A stretch of 64,000 nucleotides of DNA from Eledone cirrhosa (GCA_964016885.1 OZ024750.1:14880001-14944000); one strand, 5' to 3'. Shown: positions 1-12,090, counted from the first letter of the stretch. Translations and numbers: made by a program. Notes: a model not told the origin generated them from the letters alone.

Positions 1-69
1 TCATTCAATCTACTCTCTTACAACCACCATCTCTTTCTCTCTATCTTTCTCTCTCCCTCTCTCTCTGTT

Positions 70-258
70 TACCCGGCAAAACCTCATATCTCGGGAACCC
101 GTCCTCCGATTTACGCGAAACTTGTTTTTTTCCATTTGTATTCCCATTCCAGGCTCAACTTCCTTTCAAAGTATTTTCCCATTATGCGCCCTTTTGGCTG
201 TATTACATTACAGACAAGCAAGCACGCAGGCAATCACAGAGTTTTAGTAGTATATAGA
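70..258 (-). mobile_element. Non-autonomous Helitron-like element (partial copy)
   Basis: Closely matches 48610-48780; the minus strand starts A|TCTATATACTACTAAAACTC, a Helitron-type 5' TC end. Confidence 0.55.
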
Positions 259-704
259 TAATCTGTTACAAGTACCCAAGCTGGCTAAGTAAATAATAGT
301 GCTGATTACCGACCGACGGGGGAGGTGGGGGTAAGTTCATATCCCATTGTTGCCTTTTTAAAGTATTTATTGTACAATGACGACTCATTCGAGAGAGGAA
401 GAACCTTTCGACTTCACTATGCTATATAAAATTACAATCTGGACGTCTTTACAACCTGGAAACCATTCACCCATCACTGCATTGCGTATAGATGACCAAT
501 TAAGATTTCCTGTCGATTGTTAATAGCACATATACAAGATTAATGGAATACTCCAGCTTGTTACTCTATCAAGATAGTTCCACAATTGTGCTTTTGTCGA
601 TGAAATCAACGAATTTCTGGACGAATTATTTTTTATTTTCAAATTACACACAACATTCACATAACAAATCTCTTCTTATTATTTTCTCTCATTTTTTTTT
701 TCAG

Positions 705-832
705 GTCCCAATAAATATTTCGTAATTGGGAAAACCGTTTCCATTGATGGTCTTAGTCACAGAGCAGATGTAATTTCAAAAGGTAATATTGATAGAGAGA
801 CATCTGGTGCACGTTACAGAATAAATATTACA
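705..832 (+). CDS. Cadherin exon 1 in window (PNKYFVIG...IDRETSGARYRINIT)
   Basis: tttttcag acceptor, gtaagt donor, IDRE motif; phase 1 in, phase 0 out. Confidence 0.88.
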
Positions 833-942
833 GTAAGTATTAGGCTTTATTTGTGCTATGGTCATAGTCGTAGAGTAATGGTGGATAAATGTATTGTTTT
901 TAAGTATTGGTGTAGTGAATGTCATAAAGAGTATTATACGCT

Positions 943-1838
943 GAATATAGTGGCTTCTGATGTCTGACAGGAAATAGAGGCTTCTGATGTCTGACAGGAA
1001 ATAGAGGCTTCTGGTGTCTGACAGGAAATAGAGGCTTCTGGTGTCTGACAGGAAATAGAGCCTTCTGGTGTCTGACAGGAAATAGAGGCTTCTGGAGTCT
1101 GATTGGAAATAGAGGCTTCTGGTGTCTGACAGGAAATAGAGGCTTCTGGTGTCTGACAGGAAATAGAGGCTTCTGGTGTCTGACAGGAAATAGAGGCTTC
1201 TGGTGTCTGACAGGAAATAGTGGCTTCTGATGTCTGACAGGAAATAGAGCCTTCTGGTGTCTGACAGGAAATAGAGGCTTCTGGAGTCTGATTGGAAATA
1301 GAGCCTTCTGATGTCTGACAGGAAATAGAGGCTTTTGGTGTCTGACAGGAAATAGAGAATTCTGGTGTCTGACAGGAAATAGTGGCTTCTGATGTCTGAC
1401 TAGAGCCTTCTGGTGTCTGACAGGAAATAGAGGCTTCTGGAGTCTGATTGGAAATAGTGGCTTCTGCTGGTGTCTGACAAGAAATAGAGCCTTCTGGTGT
1501 CTAACAGGAAATAGAGGCTTCTGGAGTCTGATTGGAAATAAAGCCTTCTGATGTCTGACAGGAAATAGAGCCTTCTGGTGTCTGATAGGAAATAGAGCAT
1601 TCTGGTGTCTGACAGGAAATAGTGGCTTCTGATGTCTGACTAGAGCCTTCTGGTGTCTGGCAGGAAATAGAGGCTTCTGGAGTCTGATTGGAAATAGTGG
1701 CTTCTGCTGGTGTCTGACAAGAAATAGAGCCTTCTGGTGTCTAACAAAAAATAGAGCATTCTGGTGTCTGACAGGAAATAGTGGCTTCTGGTGTCTGACA
1801 GGAAATAGAGGCTTCTGGTGTCTGACTAGAAATAGAGA
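943..1838. repeat. 27-bp minisatellite (GGAAATAGAGGCTTCTGGTGTCTGACA), about 33 units
   Basis: Direct tandem units; produces the spurious LFPVRHQKP ORF on the minus strand. Confidence 0.95.
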
Positions 1839-2019
1839 GTTAGATTTCCCTCTTTTTAACATCTTTGATTACAGTACACTTGATGTTGAAAATGGACTTT
1901 AGGCACAATTGACGGAAGCATCCCAAATGTTTGATTTAATATTTGAAGACCAGTATTTCAAGTAATAAAATTTCAATTAATAAAATCATTGAATTTCGTT
2001 TCTTATATCTTCTTCGCAG

Positions 2020-2217
2020 GCGATGGAGATTTCTAATAACGTTTTGGACAAATCGGCTGTGGCATTTTCCTATGTCAACTTTGAAATCGAAGACATTAAC
2101 GATTCCCCGCCAGTCTTTCAACATGCTAAATACACTATGGCGTTTCCAGAAATCACCAAATTCAACGAGAAGTCCACCATTATAGGAACACCAATACTTG
2201 TTTCTGATAGCGATACA
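2020..2217 (+). CDS. Cadherin exon 2 (AMEISNN...EDINDSPPVF...VSDSDT)
   Basis: cgcag acceptor, gtcagt donor, DINDSPP linker; 66 codons. Confidence 0.92.
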
Positions 2218-2420
2218 GTCAGTACTAGTTTTATTGCTACTTTACTCTCTTTTGACCCCGCCCCTGCTCATCATCCCCCCTTTCTCCCCTCCCTCTCCTT
2301 TCCATCAATATAAGCTGATAAGACATTCGTCAGTTATGGTAAGGGAGTTCGACTTACGATCATAATATCGTAGTTAATGTGATGTTAATACGACATTCTA
2401 TTAATATTAAGGGCGAAGGC

Positions 2421-2638
2421 GGCGGCGGCTTGGCAGTATCGGTAGAGGGTCGGACGCCATGCTTTGCAACATAGAGTTATGGCCCTTTTCGTTCTGAGTT
2501 CAAATCCCCCCGAAGTCAACTTTGCCTTTCATCCTTACGGGGTCGATAAAATAAAGTACCAGTCACCCACTGGGATCGATTTAATCGACTTTCTCCTCTT
2601 CCAAAATTGCTGGCCTTGTACCTAAATCAGAAACCATT
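2421..2638 (+). mobile_element. tRNA-derived SINE family A (tail type 2)
   Basis: A box TGGCAGTATCGG, B box GAGTTCAAATCCC, conserved core TTTGCCTTTCATCCTTACGGGGTCGATAAAATAAAGTACCAG shared by about 30 copies. Confidence 0.85.
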
Positions 2639-2814
2639 AATATTTAGGTTCAGTCGAACATACGGATTAACTTAGTTACATCCTCTAAAATAAAAACAAT
2701 CTCTTATTGACTTGATTAAGATTTCCGTCGAACTGTGTATGAAATAAAAGTTACTGCTTTCTAATTTTCTTTTATTTTTCTTGAATTTATAAATGTTTAT
2801 GAAATATTTTTCAG

Positions 2815-2979
2815 AATATGAACGCCATATTTTCTTTAAGTATTACTAAACAAACTTCGCCTGGAGCATTTGGTTTGTCTACAAAAACCGGGGTCAAAGT
2901 TGCAGCCGTTAATCTTGTAGTATTGAACCCGCTAAAGTTGGATTATGACGTCCTAGATTACCGGTATCAAACAGTTGAG
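2815..2979 (+). CDS. Cadherin exon 3 (NMNAIFSLSI...KLDYDVLDYRYQTVE)
   Basis: tttcag/gtaagt, 55 codons, LDYD motif; not in the ORF track. Confidence 0.9.
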
Positions 2980-3085
2980 GTAAGTTGAGATAATTTAATG
3001 TAAAAAAAAAAAAGAAAAAAAAAGATTAAAATCTGTTTTCATAGTTCTTGACGTTAGCGATAAGTTATTTCACTGCTTGTAAAAT

Positions 3086-3415
3086 GGCGGCGAATTGGCA
3101 TAGTCGTTAGAACGTCGGAGGAGAATGCTTTACAGTATTCGTTTCGGCTCTCTGAGTTCAAATCCCGCCGAGGTCAACTTTGCCTTTCATCCTTTCGAGG
3201 TCGATAAAAAAAAGTACCAGTCTAGTACTGGTGTCGATTCTTCCTCTATATCTCTCATTTCCTCTTTCTATCTTTCTCTGGAAGAAATCTGCTGTACTCA
3301 GGCCTGGAGAGGAATGAGTTCCGCGAGGTTTAAAAAATGCCCAAGAATCATCGCATGTCAATACCGCGCCTCTACGACTCTATCAGGAGTTACGTGACCA
3401 TACATACATACATAC
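3086..3415 (+). mobile_element. SINE family A, long tail type 3 ending in (CATA)n
   Basis: Same head and core; the tail recurs at 27805-27990 (-), 52070-52240 (-) and 38600-38740. Confidence 0.75.
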
Positions 3416-4184
3416 AAAAAGGAAGAAATAATTCATAATTTATAATTACTGTTTCCTACATAGACACAAAGCCAGTAATTTGAGTTCGTATCTTCCATAA
3501 AGAGTTTCAACAATTCTCAGTCTTTAAGGGAATCTTTGCCTTTCATCCTTACGGGGTAGATAAAATAAAGTACCAGTAATGTACTGGGTAATTGGTGGCC
3601 TTGTGTCAAAAGTAGAAACAATTATTGAAAGTGCTCCATGTACAGTAGTTTTTTTTTAATTTGTATGTTTATTTAAAGAAGAACTGACTAAATTTCAACA
3701 AAATATTCTTATCCTTGAGTAAGTGAATTTTACATTAACTCAGATTAACTAGCTATAAGATAACAAAGCATTTTGCAGTTCTGTAAGTTACCCTGGGAGG
3801 GAGGAGAATTGGCAGAGACGTTAGAATGTCGGATAGAATGCTTTGCAGCATTCCTTCTTCCGTCTCTCTACTTTCTGAATCCAAACCAAATTTGATTTTT
3901 ATTCTTTCGAGGTCGATAAAAAAGTACCAGTGACACCCGCCATCTTCTTTTCTAGAAGAATTCGACTGTTTGTATCTGATCTGGAGAAGGATGGATTCCA
4001 CCAGGTTTAAAATACCAAGACATGCTGTACATTACTAAGGCTCTATTAAGAGTTTTGAGTGCAGGTTACATTGAAATTACTGTTCATAAACTGAGCAAGT
4101 TCTCTGCTACGAAATATAGAAGTAACCGCAGGTCTTTTGTGGATTCTTATGATTAATGAAAATATTAACTTTGTTTTGTTTCAG

Positions 4185-4349
4185 ATCACAGCACGCCAAA
4201 CAAATACCACAATACCTTTGTCTTCTAAAACAACAGTTGACATTCATTTATTGGATGTAAATGACAATGCACCTGTGTTCACAAAATTAATATATAAAGC
4301 ATCTGTACCGGAAAATTTACCCGTCAAAAGTTCTGTACTAACGTTGTCT
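4185..4349 (+). CDS. Cadherin exon 4 (ITARQT...LDVNDNAPVF...VPENLP...LTLS)
   Basis: tttcag/gtaagt; DVNDNAP and PEN motifs. Confidence 0.95.
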
Positions 4350-4548
4350 GTAAGTATTTTGGATAAATGTCAATTTTACGGTAGATATGCACAAGAACGA
4401 CGACAGCAATGATGTTGATGGCACAAATGATGATGATGATAATGAGGCTGACAACGATGCCGATGACAACAGGGATAACATTGTTGTTATCACCTACCAT
4501 CTAATCATTAACATAGCTGATACTATTATAATCATTATTTGTTTATCA

Positions 4549-4736
4549 GGGCGGTGGATTGGCAGTATCGGTAGAGGGTCGGACGCCATGCTTTCCAGCA
4601 TAGTTACGTCCCTTTACGATCTGAGTTCAAATCCCGCCGAGGTTGACTTTGCCTTTCATCCTTACGGGGTCGATAAAATAAAGTACCAATAATGCACTGG
4701 GTAATTGCTGGCCTTGTGCCTAAAGTAGAAACAATT
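4549..4736 (+). mobile_element. SINE family A (tail type 1) with target-site duplication
   Basis: Full head, core and tail; flanked by the direct repeat ATTATTTGTTTATCA. Confidence 0.9.
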
Positions 4737-5046
4737 ATTTGTTTATCACATTTCCTACTCGCCCTCTTCATTATTATCAGCTTTTTATTAACGAGTTAGT
4801 AATTTCATGAGTCTTAACTGTTATTCTATACGTTAACAATTTAACTAGTATTACAATGTTTAAACTATTTAGCGTTTGTGAAATAATTCACACGTATAGT
4901 TACAAGAATATAGAAATATTTTGGTAGATTCAGGCACAAATATACAAGCACATGACAACATACATATATACAAATATGAAGATACAGAAACATAGACAGA
5001 CATAATCAGAGATACAGAGACATAATTATGTAGTCACAGGCACCAT

Positions 5047-5197
5047 AAAAGAACTAGACGCAAATGTATTTACATATAGGTACTCTAATAAACATATAGG
5101 TACTCTAATAAACATATAGGTACTCTAATAAATATATAGGCACTCTAATAAATATATAGGCGCTCTAATAAATATATAGGTACTCTAATAAATGTAT
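5047..5197. repeat. 20-bp minisatellite (ATATAGGTACTCTAATAAAC), short array with leader
   Basis: About 6 units preceded by AAAAGAACTAGACGCAAATGTATTTAC. Confidence 0.9.
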
Positions 5198-5277
5198 AAA
5201 GACGTGCAAGCACATACAGAGGCAGACAAAGCACACATACAATATTATGACAAGTATACACAAATATATACAGAATA

Positions 5278-5450
5278 CAGGTAAAATTCCGTTATAATGA
5301 ATACCATTATAACAAATTTTTCAGTATAACGAAATTGTTTTCAATCCCCGGTCACACGCTCGATGTGTTAGGTCGACATCGTTATAAAGAATTTTTCGTT
5401 ACAACGAATTTTTTATGCCCGCTGAATTTCGTTATAACGGAATTTCACTG
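5278..5450. mobile_element. Tc1/pogo-type MITE
   Basis: Imperfect TIR CAG(GT/TG)AAATTCCGTTATAAYGAA with TA on both sides; internal GTTATAAC repeats. Confidence 0.8.
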
Positions 5451-5492
5451 TATTTAAAAAAAATAAAGCTGAGAATATTTTTTTAATTATAG

Positions 5493-5560
5493 GCTACAGA
5501 TCGAGATTCTGGAGAAAATGCGAAAATAGTCTACAAACTTAATGGCCCAGGAAGTGACGT
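5493..5560 (+). CDS. Cadherin exon 5 ([22 protein letters not shown])
   Basis: ttatag/gtaagt; ATDxDxGxN motif; phase 2 out. Confidence 0.93.
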
Positions 5561-5819
5561 GTAAGTTTTTAAAGTCCTTTTTGGTAATGTTGAAATTTCT
5601 ATGAATTACAGGCTCAGGGAAAATAAACAAACACACACACACACACACGCACACACACGCACGCACACACTCACGCACACACACACGCACACGCACACGT
5701 ATATAGACACACGCATGCACGCACACGCATATACACTCACACACACGCGGACTAATGTTGAAATTTCTATGAACTACAGGCTGAAGGAAAATAAACAAAC
5801 ACACGCATACGCACACACT

Positions 5820-5856
<37 letters not shown>

Positions 5857-6051
5857 ACGCATGCACGCAAACGCATGCACGCGCGCACACACACACACGC
5901 ATACACACACACGCATGCACGCGCACGCACATACATGCACACACACACACGCGTACACACACATACACACCCCAAAGCAAAAGAAAACCTTATGACAATA
6001 TAAATTTAATATATATCTTCTAGCAACTGGATAGCTGGAGCAGGTGAATAG

Positions 6052-6770
6052 AAAAGAACTAGACGCAAATGTATTTACATATAGGCGCTCTAATAAGCAT
6101 ATAGGTACTCTAATAAGCATATAGGTACTCTAATAAGCATATAGGTACTCTAATAAACATATAGGCGGTCTAATAAACATATAGGTACTCTAATAAGCAT
6201 ATAGGTACTCTAATAAGCATATAGGTACTCTAATAAACATATAGGCGGTCTAATAAGCATATAGGTACTCTAATAAATATATAGGCGCTCTAATAAACAT
6301 ATAGATACTCTAATAAACATATAGGTACTCTAATAAACATATAGGCGCTCTAATAAACATATAGATACTCTAATAAATATATAGGTACTCTAATAAATAT
6401 ATAGGTACTCTAATAAACATATAGGCGCTCTAATAAACATATAGGTACTCTAATAAACATATAGGTACTCTAATAAATATACAGGCGCTCTAATAAACAT
6501 ATAGGCGCTCTAATAAATACATAGGCGCTCTAATAAATATATAGGCGCTCTAATATATAGGTACTCTAATAAATATATAGGTACTCTAATAAACATATAG
6601 GCGCTCTAATAAGCATATAGATACTCTAATAAACATATAGGTACTCTAATAAATACATAGGCGGTCTAATAAATATATAGGCACTCTAATAAATATATAG
6701 GTACTCTAATAAATATATAGGCACTCTAATAAATATATAGGTACTCTAATAAACATAGGTGCTCTAATAA
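6052..6770. repeat. 20-bp minisatellite, long array (about 34 units) with the same leader as 5047
   Basis: Tandem ATATAGG(T/C)(A/G)CTCTAATAA(A/G)(C/T) units. Confidence 0.95.
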
Positions 6771-6930
6771 ATTCCTTTATGGCTAGCTTTTCTGTGCTTT
6801 TTGCAACCCCATTTAGAGTGTAGGTGTCTATTTACGTTCTGGAGAGTTTTAATTTTGTTAATACCTCTTATCCTTTCTAAGATCGTAAACTGCAACATTC
6901 CCTCAGCGCCGAATAGCTAATTCTGAATGT

Positions 6931-6967
<37 letters not shown>

Positions 6968-6976
6968 CGAGAGAGA

Positions 6977-7146
6977 GAGGGTCGGACACCATGTTTTACA
7001 GCATAGAGTTACGGCCCTTTACGGTCTGAGTTCAAATCCCCCCCGCGGTTAACTTTGTCTTTCATCCTTACGAGGTCGATAAAATAAAGTACCAGTAATG
7101 AACTGGGATAATTGCTGGCCTTGTGGTAAAAGTAGAAACAATTATT
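6977..7146 (+). mobile_element. SINE family A (5' truncated)
   Basis: B box, core and type 1 tail. Confidence 0.8.
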
Positions 7147-7303
7147 TAGTTCTACTGTACGTATTTCGAAGATATCAGTGTGGTTGCACAATATATATAT
7201 ATGTATATATATATGTATGTAAAAGGTAAACAGAAATAACAACACAATCGGTACAGTAGATGGAAGGGATATATTAGGTTAACGCTTGATATAGCAGGAA
7301 GAG

Positions 7304-7343
7304 GGTCTTAACGTTTCGGACGCTAGTCCTTCATCAGAAAGGT
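7304..7343 (-). ncRNA. Minimal hammerhead-like motif in a PLE-like terminal fragment
   Basis: Minus strand ccttt-CTGATGA-A-GGAC-tagc-GTCC-GAAA-CGTTA-aga; stem III is reduced to a short palindrome and stem I is weak. Confidence 0.55.
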
Positions 7344-7534
7344 AACACACGAGTTGATATATATAAAAAGAAACAGTAGAAAGCAAACAGATTTTTTCAG
7401 TAGAAAATGCTGAAGAGATTTTTTTTTAGTGAAATTTCATAAAATTAATGTTTTGAAATTTCACTAAAAAATCTCTTCAACATTTTCTACTGAAAAATCT
7501 TTTTCCTTTCTACTATTTAATTTTCTTCTTTCAC

Positions 7535-7649
<115 letters not shown>

Positions 7650-7652
7650 GTA

Positions 7653-7683
<31 letters not shown>

Positions 7684-7755
7684 TATGTGAAAGAAGAAAA
7701 TTAAATTTCAGAGAAACATGTGCATATTTTATGTTAAATTTAAACATTTTTGTAG

Positions 7756-7996
7756 TTTTTCAGTTGACAGTACTGGGGTAGTTTTTCTGGAGAAAAAACT
7801 TGATTATGAGAAACTACGTACTTATAATCTTCTGGCATTTGCTGAAAATTTGGGCAGCAGAAGACAAGAAACCTCTGTGGAGGTGGAAATTCAAGTAACT
7901 GATATAAATGATAATGGTCCTGTTTTCAAACAGATACCCTACTCAACAGATGTAACTGAGAAGACAATGATACTGCGACCAGCGATAAATGTCTTT
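7756..7996 (+). CDS. Cadherin exon 6 (FSVDSTG...KLDYEK...TDINDNGPVF...INVF)
   Basis: ttgtag/gtaagt; phase 2 in matches exon 5. Confidence 0.95.
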
Positions 7997-8706
7997 GTAA
8001 GTTTATTTAAAATTTGTAATATCATATGGATTTTATGAGCTGTGATGATGTCACTGTTATTCTAAGCAACACAGAGAAAGCACCCTCACAGTACTGCTGT
8101 ACTCCACTGATGGCTGGTAATACTTATAGTATACATTATATCCAACAAGACTCTCTCAATAAGTTTTAAACAAATCTGAAATGTATTTTAGAATTATAAA
8201 AGTTGAAACTTAAAAGAATAGAGAAACATGTGAAGTTTGAAGGCCACGACAATGCAAAATGGACGAACAAGATAATAAGACGAAGCAAGATGTTATGTGT
8301 TACCTTATTTATTTATCTGTCCTGATATTTTGAGATAAAATCTCTTCTTCAGAGAAATAAAACACGTTTACCGGAATCGGTAAACGTGCTAATATATATA
8401 TATAAGCAACTTTTTATTTTAATATTTTTCTATAAATAATATTCTTCATATGTATAATTTCTAATTATATATTTGTTTGAAAGTATGAAAGTATGACATC
8501 GATTTCATAGTTATTGTTTAAGAATTTGAATTTCTAATCCTATATCTGTACCAATGAAATCTTGCTGTGCTTGTAATTGCAAACCGCTGGAAAACCTGGG
8601 CCCCAACAAAGGGGACCTGTTTATACAAATGAAACATTTGTCAGTGTTATCTTTACAGTACCACTTGTAATGGAAAATACATTTTGTCCCTCCAGTACCA
8701 TTTAGC

Positions 8707-8948
8707 GGAGGCGTGTGGCCTAGTGGTAAGGGTGTTGGATTTACGATCATAATATCGATTCCTGGGCTGGGTTGCGTGTTATGTTCTTGAGCAAAACACT
8801 TCAATTCCCGTTGCTCCAGTATACTCAGCTGAAAACGAGTACCAGCAATAGTTGGGGGTTTAACCCTGGATGAACTGAGTCACTTCACGCCACGAAACCG
8901 GGATAAGCACCGGCCTAACGAGCCTTCTGGCTTGAGCAGACTTAAACT
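8707..8948 (+). mobile_element. tRNA-derived CORE-type SINE (family B)
   Basis: A box TGGCCTAGTGG; CORE-like TTGAGCAAAACACTT...GCTCCAGT..ACTCAGCTG; related copies near 28195-28330, 55885-55980, 58283-58380 (-) and 59640-59730 (+). Confidence 0.7.
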
Positions 8949-9127
8949 AGGTAGCACTTACAATGAACCAGAGGAGGAAAGCGAGAGAAAAAAAAAAAAA
9001 AAGAGAGAGAGAGAGATCAATTTTGGTATTCAGAATTATCTTACCAATGAATATGATACAACATGATATGATATATGATAATATAAGATATTTCATGAGA
9101 TTTCTTGTTCTGAAACATTATTTTCAG

Positions 9128-9276
9128 GCTACAGATGACGATTCCAACTCTGTGATTAGTTATAGGATTGCTGGTGGAAATACAAAAGATAACGCTTTGA
9201 TGATTAATAATAAAACAGGTAATATAACAGTTAGACGACCTCTTATGATGGAAGATGCACCACAAAATTCAAGCAC
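9128..9276 (+). CDS. Cadherin exon 7 (ATDDDSNSVISYRIAGGN...PLMMEDAPQNSS)
   Basis: tttcag/gtaagt; ATDxD, YxIxxGN and INxxTG motifs. Confidence 0.93.
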
Positions 9277-9685
9277 GTAAGTGATTACTAGCAGTATTTA
9301 AAACCCTTTCGTTACTATATTTCTATTGACATAACTCTATTTCAATTGATTAACGTATAATTTTCAGGGATATACTAAAATTACGAATTATTTAGGAAAA
9401 ATGAAACAATTTCTTGCCAGTTCCTCACCATTTGTCGTAACATACAACTCATTTAACTATAACCAGCAGAATTACTTTTACCCCCCCCCCCTCCTCCAAA
9501 ACATTCTTTAAAACTCTTAGTGATTTAAAGAGCCAATATCTAACCGCAGTTTCAAAGTTGTAAGCGGATAAGACATAAATCTCCGTTTATCGCATCTAAC
9601 AGCAAGATTTTGTACTTCTTAGCTAGAAATTCTTTTGTTCCTAGAATTAATATTGCTAGCCAAACATCCAATGCAATCGTTTACA

Positions 9686-11213
9686 ATCATCATTATCATG
9701 TTCCCCCAACGAGTGCAGCCAGTCGTTAGGGTGTCACTCTAGATGTGCCACTGGTGCAGCCAGTCATTAGGGTGCCACTCTAGATGTGCCACTGGTGCAG
9801 CCAGTCATTAGGGTGCCACTCTAGATGTGCCACTGGTGCAGCCAGTCGTTAGGGTGTCACTCTAGATGTGCCACTGGTGCAGCCAGTCATTAGGGTGCCA
9901 CTCTAGATGTGCCACTGGTGCAGCCAGTCATTAGGGTGCCACTCTAGATGTGCCACTGGTGTAGCCAGTCGTTAGGGTGCCACTCTAGATGTGCCACTAG
10001 TGCAGCCAGTCATTAGGGTGCCACTCTAGATGTGCCACTAGTGCAGCCAGTCGTTAGGGTTCCACTCTAGATGTGCCACTAGTGCAGCCAGTCATTAGGG
10101 TGCCACTCTAGATGTGCCACTGGTGCAGCCAGTCACTGGGGTGCCACTCTAGATGTGCCACTAGTGCAGCCAGTCGTTAGGGTGTCACTCTAGATGTGTC
10201 ACTGGTGCAGCCAGTCATTAGGGTGCCACTCTAGATGTGCCACTAGTGCAGCCAGTCGTTAGGGTGTCACTCTAGATGTGCCACTGGTGCAGCCAGTCAT
10301 TAGGGTGCCACTCTAGATGTGCCACTGGTGCAGCCAGTCATTAGGGTGCCACTCTAGATGTGCCACTGGTGTAGCCAGTCGTTAGGGTGTCACTCTAGAT
10401 GTGCCACTGGTGCAGCCAGTCGTTAGGGTGTCACTCTAGATGTGCCACTGGTGCAGCCAGTCATTAGGGTGCCACTCTAGATGTGCCACTGGTGCAGCCA
10501 GTCACTGGGGTGCCACTCTAGATGTGCCACTAGTGCAGCCAGTCGTTAGGGTGTCACTCTAGATGTGCCACTGGTGCAGCCAGTCGTTAGGGTGTCACTC
10601 TAGATGTGCCACTGGTGCAGCCAGTCATTAGGGTGCCACTCTAGATGTGCCACTGGTGCAGCCAGTCGTTAGGGTGTCACTCTAGATGTGCCACTAGTGC
10701 AGCCAGTCATTAGGGTGCCACTCTAGATGTGCCACTGGTGCAGCCAGTCGTTAGGGTGCCACTCTAGATGTGCCACTGGTGCAGCCAGTCATTAGGGTGT
10801 CACTCTAGATGTGCCACTGGTGCAGCCAGTCACTGAGGTGCCACTCTAGATGTACCACTGGTGCAACCAGTCGTTAGGGTGCCACTATAGATGTGCCACT
10901 GGTGCAGCCAGTCACTGGGGTGCCACTCTACGCTTTCGTAGTCGGCTGTCACCATTGGTCTTTATTATCCGTCATGCGTAGAAGAATCTCGATGTTGCCG
11001 GACCAGACTTTTTTTGTCTACCCATTCTGCACCCTCCCTCGAAGTGCCATGAAGTTGTGTTGGGTTACATGACGACCATACCAGGCAAGCTTCCTTCTTT
11101 TCACCAATGCAAGGAGTGGTTCCTGTCTGCAAGGATATTTGTCAACTTGCTACCTGACAAACCTATTTGTTTTGTGCTCAGTGTACGGAATGTGTAACAA
11201 CCCTCCGAAGCAC
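9686..11213 (-). mobile_element. RTE-clade LINE 3' fragment interrupted by a minisatellite
   Basis: Minus-strand translation LLHIPYTEHKTN...QEPLLALVKRRKLAWYG is typical of the RTE ORF2 C-terminus; (TGA)n-like tail near 9690. Confidence 0.75.
9713..10930. repeat. 41-bp minisatellite (GTGCAGCCAGTCATTAGGGTGCCACTCTAGATGTGCCACTG), about 30 units
   Basis: Head-to-tail near-identical units with no spacers. Confidence 0.97.
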
Positions 11214-11828
11214 TACAATTTAATTAAAGACCTCAGAGCTGGTGGTTGCGTCCTTACAGAAGTGCAACACCGCAACTCGAGTTGAAAGAACCGAATGCTT
11301 CCTTCTTCAACCAAAATAGACTTGAGATTGGAAATTTCTGGGTAAAAATAGGCCTGGCTGTGCCTCGAGTAAGTTTGAAAGTGTAATTTACATTCCATTC
11401 GGATTGTGTCTCTACGTTCAAATGTTATTTCATTAGAAACTTGACCTGAAGACCCAATAGTCTGCCATTTAAAAAAAATTCTCAACACATCGTTAACATT
11501 TTCCTTTTGTTTACTAAAAAAATAATATAATTAAAATGATATTGCATTAATCTCTTGCATTAAATTTATCTCCCAAGCGGTGGATTGGCAGTATTGGTAG
11601 AGGGGTGGACGCCATCCTTTGCAGCATAGAGTTACGGCCCATTACGGACTGAGTTCAAATACCGAGTTCAAGTACTCGACGTCATATTACTTCTTTAAAA
11701 CAAGGATGACGGAGTATATTTAAAAATGTGAAGTTATTAATCGAGCCGTTATACATATCTCCATCACGATAGATATCGTGATTTCTTCAGACAGCAAAAT
11801 TGTCTGAAGAATTCATGATATCTATTGT

Positions 11829-12039
11829 AATGGTTTTTTACAAGGCCAGCAATTTTTGGGGAGGGGAAAGTCGATTAAATCGCCACCAGTGAGTGATTGG
11901 TACATTATTTTATCTACCCCGTAAGGATGAAAGGCAAAGTTAACCTCGGCGGGATTTGAACTCAGATCATAAAGGGCCGTAACTCTATGCTGCAAAGCAT
12001 GGCGTCCAACCCTCTACCGATACTGCCAATCCACGGCCC
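11829..12039 (-). mobile_element. SINE family A (tail type 2)
   Basis: Reverse complement of head, core and tail; a head-only + copy lies at 11577-11665. Confidence 0.85.
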
Positions 12040-12090
12040 TATAACGGTTCAATTAATAAAAGACTCTAACATATACACCGTCGCATTTTC

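Noticed and set aside
900-1862. 320-aa minus-strand ORF of LFPVRHQKP repeats
   Set aside because: It is the translation of a 27-bp minisatellite with no stop in that frame; intronic, antisense, no other coding signal.
2421-2520. SINE heads as functional tRNA genes
   Set aside because: A and B boxes are present, but the spacing is too long for a cloverleaf and the head is joined to the SINE core in almost every copy.
9713-10930. Possible CRISPR array
   Set aside because: Units are contiguous with no unique spacers, there are no cas genes, and the context is a eukaryotic intron. The same applies to the 27-, 32- and 60-bp arrays.
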